64,000 nt of DNA, taken from assembly GCA_036517735.1 (NCBI GenBank), contig DATDUD010000048.1, positions 3,559 to 67,558 of the forward strand, in the 5' to 3' direction. Both the position numbers and the translations under genes were made by a program. Under the pieces are notes generated by a model. That model searched no databases. It had not been told where the DNA came from and was given only the letters and a program-made list of their open reading frames with translations. The DNA is from Minisyncoccota bacterium. GTDB lineage: Bacteria; Patescibacteriota; Minisyncoccia; Phycocordibacterales; Phycocordibacteraceae. Of the stretch, positions 39,180 through 47,792 are shown piece by piece (position 1 is the stretch's first letter; each line of letters starts with the position of its first letter).

Positions 39180-39731
39180 CTACTGCGCTATATCCTCCTG
39201 CTTCTTCCTCGCAAGAACCTCAAGGGCTTCTGTTCCCTTATCGATATGCCTCTGCGCCTCTTCCTTAAGGCGCTTTAACTCGTCCTGCCCCATGCCTCCC
39301 TCTTTCTCGAGTGCCTCAAGTTCCTTGAGAGTGTCGGTACGATGCCCACGCAGGGTCACACGTGCCTGCTCAAGCCGCTCTCCTGCAAGCTTTGCAAGCA
39401 TGGTGCGCCTTTCTGTGGTGAGTTCAGGGAATATGATCCGAAGTCCGGTGTCATCGACTGCGACAGAGACACCGAGGTCAGCATCGTTCACGGCCTTTTC
39501 GATAGACTTGGATACGGTCTTGTCCCAGGGAACTACCCGTATGGTCCGCGCGTCTTCTACTGTTACGCTTGCAAGGCCATTGATCGAAGTCTTAGAGCCG
39601 TACGAATCGACCCGAATGGAATCAAGAAGTGCAGAGGTTGCGCGTCCTGTCCGGATGCCTGCAAGCTCGCGCGAGAGCCACTCTTCAGTTTCCTTTATCT
39701 GCGCGTTTAGTTTAGAGAAATCGTATGCCAT
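39180..39731 (-). CDS. frr: Ribosome recycling factor
   Basis: IRTGRA, PWD, PELTTERR. Confidence 0.95.
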   Translation of the reverse strand: MAYDFSKLNAQIKETEEWLSRELAGIRTGRATSALLDSIRVDSYGSKTSINGLASVTVEDARTIRVVPWDKTVSKSIEKAVNDADLGVSVAVDDTGLRIIFPELTTERRTMLAKLAGERLEQARVTLRGHRTDTLKELEALEKEGGMGQDELKRLKEEAQRHIDKGTEALEVLARKKQEDIAQ

Positions 39732-39783
39732 GTCATGAGTGTACCAGAAAGGCCGCTTTATTGCGGCCTTGTCTTGGCAAGAG

Positions 39784-40035
39784 TTAAGCTCTACGTATCG
39801 CTTTGACGACCGCCAAGAGCACCACCGCGCCAATCAATGCCACGATGAAGCTATAGAAGTCGAAACCGGTTCCGCTTGACTGGCCCAGCATCGTCATAAT
39901 CCAGCCGCCAAGGACTGCTCCCACGATACCAACGATTATGTCGAGGAGGAGGTTCTGCTGGCCGTTCGTCTTCATAATTATGGAGGCGAGCCATCCTACG
40001 ATCGCACCGAATACAATCCATAACACTATACTCAT
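39784..40035 (-). CDS. GlsB/YeaQ/YmgE family membrane protein
   Basis: WIVFGAIVGWLAS..IIVGIVGAVLGG..LIGAVVLL. Confidence 0.9.
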   Translation of the reverse strand: MSIVLWIVFGAIVGWLASIIMKTNGQQNLLLDIIVGIVGAVLGGWIMTMLGQSSGTGFDFYSFIVALIGAVVLLAVVKAIRRA

Positions 40036-40167
40036 GATATTCAGAAATTAAGGGTAACGGGAGAATATAAACAGCTCAACGGTAAAGGAAAGATGAAGGG
40101 GTAATCCACACCATATCCACAGTATCCCCAGTTGCCCCTTTTTTCTACCGGAGAGATACTGAATTTC

Positions 40168-40351
40168 GCCTCTGGCTTCGGCCTTAGGCAGGGTTGGTAG
40201 ATAACTGCAGAGGCTTCGGCCAATACAGCCTACTAATTTTGAAAAGCGGGTCTTGTTAGCGAACATTCGAGACCGGTCCTGCATCGAACCCTCGGGAGAG
40301 ATGCGGTAAACCACCTCAAATGAAATCGGAGCGAGACGAAACGCTTTTCAA
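40168..40351 (+). ncRNA. Unidentified structured RNA (~185 nt)
   Basis: Two C(UUCG)G hairpins, closing stem TTGAAAAGCG/CGCTTTTCAA, possible AGGGTT/AACCCT pseudoknot, upstream TTGCCC-17-GATACT, downstream terminator. Confidence 0.6.
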
Positions 40352-40356
40352 CGCAA

Positions 40357-40380
40357 GGCCGTCCTTCGGGGCGGTTTTGT
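40357..40380. terminator. Terminator
   Basis: GGCCGTCC-TTCG-GGGCGGTT followed by TTGT. Confidence 0.7.
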
Positions 40381-40397
40381 CGTTCCTATCCCTGCAT

Positions 40398-40715
40398 TTA
40401 GACTGTTTCCTTTCTTTCTACAACAACTCCGTTTTGAAGGTCCTCAACCATCTGCCGCATCACCTCGTCGTTCTCACGAAGCTGCTGATTCTCTTTGCGC
40501 AGTCGACGATTAATCAGACTCCTATGGATACTTGCAGGTATCGAGGCAAGTACGCCGAGAAGTCCCCCGACCGCAGCCGTAAAGATAATCACAAGCGCAA
40601 GCGGGCTTGCGAACTGCCAGGAGAAGAATGTAAGCTCGACCACTTCCGTGTTCTGGAGTGCGAAAATGATAGTTGTAGCACCGAGGACAAAACCGAGTAC
40701 AAGAGTGAATACCAT
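40398..40715 (-). CDS. LapA (DUF1049)-family membrane protein
   Basis: IFALQN...V.L.FF.WQF..PLALV plus coiled coil. Confidence 0.85.
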   Translation of the reverse strand: MVFTLVLGFVLGATTIIFALQNTEVVELTFFSWQFASPLALVIIFTAAVGGLLGVLASIPASIHRSLINRRLRKENQQLRENDEVMRQMVEDLQNGVVVERKETV

Positions 40716-40777
40716 GCTGATTATCGTTACTGATCAGCTTTAGTATACCGTCTGGAGGTGATTTTAAGATTAAGGAC

Positions 40778-41563
40778 CTAGCATTGCGCGTTCTTGACGA
40801 TATAATCGTATGCTTCGTCCACCGTGTCAGCTATAAAGAAAAGGTTGAGGTCAGGAGTGTCGATTGCTGCATGCTCGGCGAGAAGTTTGAGTTGCATAAA
40901 TGCGATAAGAGGTTCCCAATACTCTTTTCCGTACACGACTATGGGAACCTTGCGGATCTTCTTGGTCTGAACAAGGGTCAGGATCTCGAAGAACTCATCC
41001 ATGGTGCCGTACCCACCCGGGAAGAAGATGTATACCTCGGAAGCAAAAGCAAGCATCACCTTGCGAATGAAGAAGTGCTCGAAGGTGAATGAGTCGGTGA
41101 GGTATGTATTAAGGCCCTGGTTTTGGTCGAGGCGTATGTTGAGACCCACTGAGGCTCCGCCCGCCTCGAATGCTCCCTTGTTCGCAGCTTCCATGATTCC
41201 CGCGCTCCCTCCCGTGATGATGGCAAAGCCGGCCTTGGCGAGACGTCCTGCAAGCTCGGCAGCTTCTTTATAGAAATGCTCTTCAAAGGTGGCGCGAGAC
41301 GTTCCGAAGAAGCTTGCGGCAAGACCGTACTTGCGTATGGCCTCGAAGCCCTCCACGAACTCAGACATGATCTTGAAGACCCTCCAGCTTTCAAGCTCGC
41401 GTGGCTTACATACGAGAGGAGAGGGGGCGGCCGGCACTTCCCGTTTCCCTTCCTCGATGGTGCGCGCAAGTATCTGCCCCATCATCTCGTGGTGCTCAGG
41501 GGTATTTGATTCTTCGGGCGTAGGCACGGGCGGTACTTTAGCCTTTCCAGTTATGTCTGCCAT
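40778..41563 (-). CDS. LOG family (TIGR00730) protein
   Basis: ITGG..GIMEAANKGA, FFIRKVML, PGGYGTMDE. Confidence 0.92.
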   Translation of the reverse strand: MADITGKAKVPPVPTPEESNTPEHHEMMGQILARTIEEGKREVPAAPSPLVCKPRELESWRVFKIMSEFVEGFEAIRKYGLAASFFGTSRATFEEHFYKEAAELAGRLAKAGFAIITGGSAGIMEAANKGAFEAGGASVGLNIRLDQNQGLNTYLTDSFTFEHFFIRKVMLAFASEVYIFFPGGYGTMDEFFEILTLVQTKKIRKVPIVVYGKEYWEPLIAFMQLKLLAEHAAIDTPDLNLFFIADTVDEAYDYIVKNAQC

Positions 41564-42147
41564 GGAATTGGATACTCAAGAAATTCAGGTAATAGGTTTC
41601 TATTATAGACCAAGCGAGAGAATACCTCGGCATGGGATAACGCGCCGTTCAATGCGTTGTGGGGTTTCGGCTCCTCTGGCACGCCGGTGTACTTCAGAAT
41701 GAAATCAAGATTAATGGCAGAGCGCTTATTGTCGATGGGGGGCGTTTCTCCTTTTTGTGTCATGTGAAGCCAGCAGAGGCTGTGGGTATCGATGCTGCGG
41801 TATGCGAACGGAAACTCAATGCCAGCCCGGTGGCAGGCCGCTGCTACGAAGTCACTATCAAAACGTGGGTTCTGTCCTATGAAGGTATGGCTTTTGGGAC
41901 GATCAAGCGCCCAAGCTACAAAGGCTTTAATAAGCTCTGCTTCATTTTTCTTCCCGCTTCCCTCCCCTATCTCTTCGCGCGAGAAGCCGGTAATGGCAAG
42001 AGATTCATCGGATATGTGCGCACCATCCCACACACGGCATTCGTCATAGAACTGGTTTGTGGGATCATCGAGGTCGACTGCCCCAATTGAGACAATCGAT
42101 GCCTTGTCAGCATCGAGTCCCGTTGCTTCTACATCCACAGCGATCAT
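41551..42147 (-). CDS. DEDDh 3'-5' exonuclease
   Basis: DVEATG, N..FD, HNAL.GA. Confidence 0.88.
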   Translation of the reverse strand: MIAVDVEATGLDADKASIVSIGAVDLDDPTNQFYDECRVWDGAHISDESLAITGFSREEIGEGSGKKNEAELIKAFVAWALDRPKSHTFIGQNPRFDSDFVAAACHRAGIEFPFAYRSIDTHSLCWLHMTQKGETPPIDNKRSAINLDFILKYTGVPEEPKPHNALNGALSHAEVFSRLVYNRNLLPEFLEYPIPWQT

Positions 42148-42163
42148 GCGGGCAGTATAGCAG

Positions 42164-42191
42164 TTGACTCCAATTCAGCTTTTGTTACTAT
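42164..42191 (+). promoter_or_regulatory. Sigma70 promoter (extended -10) driving the repeat RNA
   Basis: TTGACT-16-TACTAT with TGn; no plus-strand ORF downstream. Confidence 0.65.
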
Positions 42192-42657
42192 GCAAATGGC
42201 TTCGGCCTCGCCCCGCAAGGGGAGACACTATGGCTTCGGCCTCGCCCCGCAAGGGGAGAACGGGAAAACCGTTAAAGCATGTCTTTGGCGGCTTTCTTAT
42301 TTTTGCGAAGGTGCCTTGATCAAGAACACCTATTTTATCGACAAGTCGTTTGGTGTCGATGAGTCGTAATTGCGATATGAGCACAACCGCCTGCCTTCCA
42401 CGCAAGAGCCCGATTGGGATACGGAAACGATGTTTTTTCTGGGAGGTTGAAAGTGGTGTGATAAAACAAGAGTTTCGGCTAACACCACGCAAAATGAGGA
42501 CCGGACGTTGATACCCCTTACCGGTACCATCTTCCTCAGAACCGATATTTATACCGAGAGTACACCACCAAATATCGCGTTCGTTGTAGTGCCGCTCAAC
42601 AGTTTGTTGTTGGACTCTCTTCTTTTCAGCATTCCAAAGATCAAGATTCTTCTCCAT
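42175..42657 (-). CDS. PemK/MazF-family endoribonuclease, orphan; C-terminus probably frameshifted (alternative stop at 42272)
   Basis: ERDIWWCTLGINIGSEEDG..RPVLIL..PLST..SQLRLIDTKRL. Confidence 0.88.
   Translation of the reverse strand: MEKNLDLWNAEKKRVQQQTVERHYNERDIWWCTLGINIGSEEDGTGKGYQRPVLILRGVSRNSCFITPLSTSQKKHRFRIPIGLLRGRQAVVLISQLRLIDTKRLVDKIGVLDQGTFAKIRKPPKTCFNGFPVLPLRGEAEAIVSPLAGRGRSHLHSNKS
42196..42273 (+). ncRNA. Candidate two-unit double-hairpin sRNA convergent on mazF
   Basis: Exact 30-nt repeat ATGGCTTCGGCCTCGCCCCGCAAGGGGAGA at 42196-42225 and 42230-42259; UUCG and GCAA tetraloops on + strand. Confidence 0.65.
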
Positions 42658-42660
42658 GCT

Positions 42661-43104
42661 TCAAAGCCCCTTACAGTTCTTTCCTGGCTCGTATCCCTCA
42701 GCTTCAGCCTCTTCTTTAGTTGCAAACCATACCTTATTCTCCTCCTTGATTCGTTTAGCGGTCCCGCACCAGGGAAGGTAGTATTTGGTGCCGGTCTTAG
42801 AAGCTACATATTCCCCTCCGGTTGCTAGGATCGGTTCGCTTTCTTTGGGTTCAGGCTTCGCCGCGACTGCGGATGATGCCTCCTGGCCTTGTGGCTTCTC
42901 GATAAATACCTCGTTTGGTTTTCCAGCACTGCCTTCGCGTCCCGCAACGACTCCGAGGCCGAAGCTTGCGGTTGAGGAAAGGACAAGAATGGTGATGAGA
43001 AGGGCGTCTTTTGGAAGACGCCGCACCAGGCTCTCTTTTTTCTCATTCTGGCCTGTATCTAAGCCCTTGCCTGTCTTTTCCCTTTCTGATATAGTCATCT
43101 TCAC
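42661..43104 (-). CDS. Membrane protein with C-terminal Ada metal-binding-like domain
   Basis: YVASKTGTKYYLPWC...F.T.EEA...GY.P.KNC. Confidence 0.8.
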   Translation of the reverse strand: MKMTISEREKTGKGLDTGQNEKKESLVRRLPKDALLITILVLSSTASFGLGVVAGREGSAGKPNEVFIEKPQGQEASSAVAAKPEPKESEPILATGGEYVASKTGTKYYLPWCGTAKRIKEENKVWFATKEEAEAEGYEPGKNCKGL

Positions 43105-43115
43105 AACGTAACACT

Positions 43116-43397
43116 ATGGCAAGTACAAAAGCTGGTGGGTCAGCAAAAAACCTGAATACTTCAAACCCGAAATACCTCGGGGTGAAGCTTGGAGACGGAC
43201 AATCAGCACGCCCGGGCATGGTTATCGTGCGCCAACGTGGCACGAAGATCATGGCTGGCAAAAACGTAAAAGTCGGCAAAGATCATACACTGTACGCAAT
43301 GATTACCGGAAAGATCGCCTTCCGCGACCGCCGCAAGACCAACTTTGATGGACGCGTAGTCCGTAAGAAAGTTGTAGACGTTCTGGCTGTTGTCTAA
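43116..43397 (+). CDS. rpmA: 50S ribosomal protein L27
   Basis: KAGGS..N..S.PKYLGVK, IVRQRGTK, GKDHTL. Confidence 0.97.
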   Translation: MASTKAGGSAKNLNTSNPKYLGVKLGDGQSARPGMVIVRQRGTKIMAGKNVKVGKDHTLYAMITGKIAFRDRRKTNFDGRVVRKKVVDVLAVV

Positions 43398-43456
43398 CGC
43401 AAAGATGAAGAAAAACCGCCGGAGATGTGATCCGGCGGTTTTTCTTTTTCCCCAAC

Positions 43457-43882
43457 TTATTCAGTCTCGATGAGTATTGTGATCTTTCCGAAATCCTCTC
43501 CACGAGCTACAGGAACCTCAAACTCTCCAAGTTCTTTAAACGGACGTTCAATGTGGATAGCATCCTCAGGAAGGCCTGCCGCTTCTGCGATTTCTTTGGC
43601 ATCGACGCCGTCATACAAATGACCCTGATCGTTCGCCTTCTTGCGAATAACTACCTTCTCCTCTGCAAGAGCGGAAAGACGGTCTGATACGAGCTTGCTA
43701 TCAATCTCTCGACGCTCGATAGCTGCCTTTGCAAGGGACTCTGCTCTCTTAAGGGAAGCAGGAGTAGCAAGCACGGCCATCTTGCGGGGGATGAGGAAGT
43801 TCAAGGCGTGACCGTCGGAAACGTCTACTGCGCTCCCTGCCCTGCCCATATCGCGCACGTCTTTGAGTAATACGACTTTCAT
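43457..43882 (-). CDS. rplI: 50S ribosomal protein L9
   Basis: MKVVLLKDV..G..G..V.V.DG.A.NFLIP. Confidence 0.95.
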   Translation of the reverse strand: MKVVLLKDVRDMGRAGSAVDVSDGHALNFLIPRKMAVLATPASLKRAESLAKAAIERREIDSKLVSDRLSALAEEKVVIRKKANDQGHLYDGVDAKEIAEAAGLPEDAIHIERPFKELGEFEVPVARGEDFGKITILIETE

Positions 43883-44041
43883 AGTGGAAGTATCGTACCG
43901 TTTTAGGCTCTTTTCCGCAAATAAGCTGGCAGTCTGGAGTGGTGCACTTCAGAGTTGAACCTACCTAACCAAGTCGTCCCTAACGAAAAGTCGTTGGAGA
44001 ACGACTTTTCATTTAGTTGCTAGTAGATTAGCTTTCGAACC

Positions 44042-45325
44042 CTACCTCCCACTCTTCAAAAACTCCACCGCCCTGTCCATCTGCGGATCCCTTCCTGCAG
44101 TTATGTCCTCAGGAGTACGCTCAACAATGATGTCAGGTGCAAGGCCACCATCTGAAATTGATTTGCCGGAAGGAGTAAGCCAGCGTGCCACCGTGACCTT
44201 GAGTGCTCCCTGTCCTACCGGAATCAGTTCCTGAACCGAACCTTTGCCGAACGAACGTGTACCGATGAGTGTCGCCTTTTCATGATCCTTGAGTGCGCCT
44301 GCAACAATTTCTGAAGCCGAAGCAGAACCCTGGTTGATGAGTATCACAATCTGTGTTCCTTCAGGTACCCCTCCCCTGCCTGAGCTTCTGTGAACGATGT
44401 TCTGTTCCTTTCCTTTATAGTCTTCAGTAACCACGATTTCACCGCGTGTGAGGAAGAAGCTTGAGATCTTCACTGCAGCATCGAGGTACCCTCCAGGATT
44501 CCCGCGAAGATCAATGATGAGCTTTTTAGAGCCACTCGACCTAAAGCTCGTGATTGCGTCACTGAAAAGGTTTACCGATGTACCGGTGAATTCGTAGAGC
44601 GAGATGGTGTAGATGCCTGTCTCGCGATTAAAGTTTGTATCAAGGGTTGGCACCTGGATAGTGTCGCGCACGACTGTAATCTCAATGCTCTTTCCGGCAC
44701 GAAGGAGGGTAAAGGAGACTGATGTGCCCTTGGAACCACGTATCAGCTTCACTGCAGAGTCCGTGGTCATTCCCTCGGTCGACTTGCTATCTATGGAAAG
44801 GATGAGGTCGCCTGAAATGATGCCGGCCTTCTCTGCGGGAGTGTTCTTCAAGGGTGCAATGACTGTAAGAATCCCGTCTGGGTTAAGACCTATCTCCATG
44901 CCCACGCCGCTAAAAGTCCCGGATATCTCCTCCTGAAACATCTTTGCTTCTTCAGGCGGGAGAAAGACTGTATACGGATCCCCGAAGGATTCAGCAAGTC
45001 CTTGGATAGCACCCCATATCTTCTGTTCGTTCGTAGGGAGGGTCGAAGAGGCGTTTGAAGGAACGAACTTCGCATTGAGGGTGTTGTATACCTTCCAAAA
45101 CTCATTGAAGTCGAGCGTCGTGTCGGGAGTAGCGTTGAGTCCATCCCCTATTAAAGGGAGGCTGGAAAGAACGCGAGAGCCTCCTGCAGCCCCTACCGAG
45201 AGTCCTCCGGCAAAGCCGAGAGAGAGCACAAGCGCAAAGAATATGCCCAGCTTAAGCGTGCGCTTGAAGCGCTTCCGCTCAGTACGCATTTCTCCAAACT
45301 GCTCACTCGCCGCATTCATGTGCAA
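44042..45325 (-). CDS. ctpA: S41 C-terminal processing protease with PDZ
   Basis: GDPYT, DLRGNPGG, SASASE, SFGKGSVQ. Confidence 0.92.
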   Translation of the reverse strand: MHMNAASEQFGEMRTERKRFKRTLKLGIFFALVLSLGFAGGLSVGAAGGSRVLSSLPLIGDGLNATPDTTLDFNEFWKVYNTLNAKFVPSNASSTLPTNEQKIWGAIQGLAESFGDPYTVFLPPEEAKMFQEEISGTFSGVGMEIGLNPDGILTVIAPLKNTPAEKAGIISGDLILSIDSKSTEGMTTDSAVKLIRGSKGTSVSFTLLRAGKSIEITVVRDTIQVPTLDTNFNRETGIYTISLYEFTGTSVNLFSDAITSFRSSGSKKLIIDLRGNPGGYLDAAVKISSFFLTRGEIVVTEDYKGKEQNIVHRSSGRGGVPEGTQIVILINQGSASASEIVAGALKDHEKATLIGTRSFGKGSVQELIPVGQGALKVTVARWLTPSGKSISDGGLAPDIIVERTPEDITAGRDPQMDRAVEFLKSGR

Positions 45326-45393
45326 AGTGTATCACAGGGCTATACCCAACCCGACCATATTTCTCTTATTCTTGCTTGTATACTAAGGACAGC

Positions 45394-46311
45394 ATGGTAA
45401 AGCGGCACGGAAAGAACGGCGTCACCTGGGTCGACATGGAAGCGCCAACGCGCGAAGAGTTGCGCGCGGTCATGAATGAGTTTGATATCGGCGAACGTAT
45501 CGAAGAGGAGATCGTTTCTCCGACCCCCTACCCACTTGTCCTCTGCTCTCCTTCCTATATCTATCTCATCCTCCATTTCCCCGCCACAAACCCTCAAGGC
45601 GGAGCGAAGAACCAAGAGATAGATTTCATTGTCGGGAAGGACTTTCTTATTACTGCCCGATACGAGGTCATTGACGCGATCCACAGCCTCCATAGAGTAT
45701 TTGAGGCTGAGGAGATGCTTGACCTACCCTCTAAAGGGGACGGTGCGCATTATCTTATCGAGCGTGTGCTTCGTCACTTGTACGGGGCCATCCGCGATCA
45801 GGCCGAACAGACAGCTCGTGCCATGGACCGAATCGAGGAAGAGATATTCGCAGGCAAGGAACACGAGATGGTGTATACGATCTCGCTTGTTGGTCGGGTA
45901 CTTCTCCGTTTCGATACGACCCTCTCACGCCACCAGGAACCTCTCAAAGCCTTTCTTGAAGCCCTTGCTAGTCCAACGTTTTTCGGTAAGTCATTTAACA
46001 TGCATGCAGCGCACATTCAGGCTGAGCACGATCACACTGCTGCGCTTGTGGGTACGTACCGAGCTGTCTTGATCGAGCTTCGGAGCACGAACGAATCCCT
46101 TCTTTCCGCTTCCCAGAATGAGATCGTAAAGCGCCTCACCATCATGAGCTTCTTCGCGCTTCCTTTAACGGTGCTCGCCTCAATATTCGGCATGAATAAC
46201 AACTATCTTCCTTTCATCGATTCCCCACACTTTATCTGGCTCTTTCTCTTAGTAACAGGAATTCTTATAATCATTCTTCTTTCATACTTCAAGCACAGGA
46301 AATGGTTTTAG
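45394..46311 (+). CDS. corA: CorA-family divalent cation transporter
   Basis: NEIVKRLT..FGMN, two C-terminal TMs. Confidence 0.9.
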   Translation: MVKRHGKNGVTWVDMEAPTREELRAVMNEFDIGERIEEEIVSPTPYPLVLCSPSYIYLILHFPATNPQGGAKNQEIDFIVGKDFLITARYEVIDAIHSLHRVFEAEEMLDLPSKGDGAHYLIERVLRHLYGAIRDQAEQTARAMDRIEEEIFAGKEHEMVYTISLVGRVLLRFDTTLSRHQEPLKAFLEALASPTFFGKSFNMHAAHIQAEHDHTAALVGTYRAVLIELRSTNESLLSASQNEIVKRLTIMSFFALPLTVLASIFGMNNNYLPFIDSPHFIWLFLLVTGILIIILLSYFKHRKWF

Positions 46312-46335
46312 CCGTTCGTGCTAGGGTATTTGTAT

Positions 46336-47778
46336 ATGTGGCCGTTTACGCGTAAGAAAACGGGGAGTAAGAATACGTCCCCCATATTCTTCACGAACAC
46401 TCTGTCTGGGAAGAAGGAGCCATTCGCTCCCTTAAGAGCGGGCTCGGCCACCATCTACTCCTGCGGTCCTACTGTATACAACCGGGCACACATAGGTAAT
46501 CTACGTTCCTATGTATTTGCAGACTTAATCGCTCGTGTTCTCAAGAACGCTGAATATCGTGTACGCCGGGTCGTGAACATTACAGACGTCGGACACCTGG
46601 TCTCGGATGCGGATGAGGGTGAGGACAAGATGGAAAAGAGTGCTCGAGAGTCTGGAACCTCTGCAAGCGCTATTGCTGAGGAGTACACCAAGCTCTTTAT
46701 GGAGGATATCTCGCTCCTTAACATTGATACTAAAGACATTCTCTTCCCTCGCGCAACTGAATATGTAAAGGAACAGATCACTCTCATAAAGATTCTTGAG
46801 GAGAAAGGGTACACATATCAGATACGGGATGGCATATATTTCGATACCGCTAAGTATCCAGGATACGGAAAGCTAGGAGGCGTAGTGAAAGAGGGCGTTG
46901 GACGGATTAACGAGAATAAGGAAAAGAAGAATATGGCTGACTTTGCCCTTTGGAAATTCTCTTCTCTGGACGAAAAGCGGCAGCAAGAATGGGACAGCCC
47001 ATGGGGAGGTGGCTTCCCAGGATGGCACATCGAGTGCTCTGCCATGTCAAAGTCGCTTCTCGGCGAAACTATCGACATACACACCGGCGGAATGGACCAC
47101 ATACCGATCCATCACAACAATGAGATCGCGCAGTCGGAGGCGGCGAATGGAAAGACATTCGCACGATACTTCTTGCACCACGCCTTCCTCACTATGGAAA
47201 CAGAGAAGGTTTCGAAGTCACTTGGAAACGTCGTGTACCTCTCGGACCTACAAGGAAGAGGTCTGCATCCCCTTTCTCTTCGCTATCTCTTCCTCCAGGC
47301 CCATTACCGCTCTCCCCTCTCCTTCTCCTGGGAGTCCATTGAAGCTGCGAACGAAGCCCTCACACGGCTCTGGCGTATTGCAGGCGAATTCAAAGAGGAA
47401 TCGAAGGGTATAGGGACATCTTCCGAGGCATCGGACCGCATAACCACCCTTTTGAGAGATGACCTTGCAACTCCTGCTGCACTTGCCCTTCTCTGGGAGA
47501 CCCTAAAGGACGACCATATACAAGCAAAGGCCGCTTGGGGCGTCATAGAGGCGGCAGAGGCGGTTCTCGGCCTCTCCCTCACCAATCCCCCATTCTATGG
47601 TCGTCTCAAGGACACTGATATGCCGGAAGAGGTGCAACAGCTCATCAGGGAGCGCCAGGAAGCTCGCATATCAGGAGATTTCAAACATGCGGACGAATTG
47701 CGTATCCACATCGAGAACAGGGGATATGCTGTTGAAGACCGCCCGAAGGGCGTGGTGGTCACCAGGAAGCTCAATTGA
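46336..47778 (+). CDS. cysS: Cysteinyl-tRNA synthetase
   Basis: CGPTVY..HIGN, PGWHIECSAM, KVSKS. Confidence 0.97.
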   Translation: MWPFTRKKTGSKNTSPIFFTNTLSGKKEPFAPLRAGSATIYSCGPTVYNRAHIGNLRSYVFADLIARVLKNAEYRVRRVVNITDVGHLVSDADEGEDKMEKSARESGTSASAIAEEYTKLFMEDISLLNIDTKDILFPRATEYVKEQITLIKILEEKGYTYQIRDGIYFDTAKYPGYGKLGGVVKEGVGRINENKEKKNMADFALWKFSSLDEKRQQEWDSPWGGGFPGWHIECSAMSKSLLGETIDIHTGGMDHIPIHHNNEIAQSEAANGKTFARYFLHHAFLTMETEKVSKSLGNVVYLSDLQGRGLHPLSLRYLFLQAHYRSPLSFSWESIEAANEALTRLWRIAGEFKEESKGIGTSSEASDRITTLLRDDLATPAALALLWETLKDDHIQAKAAWGVIEAAEAVLGLSLTNPPFYGRLKDTDMPEEVQQLIRERQEARISGDFKHADELRIHIENRGYAVEDRPKGVVVTRKLN

Positions 47779-47792
47779 TACAATCGGTCTAC

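Noticed and set aside
40197-40233. Twister ribozyme resemblance (AUAACUGCAGAG..AAUACAGC)
   Set aside because: The L4 GUCCCAAGC-type loop and pseudoknot partners were not found; kept only as an unidentified RNA.
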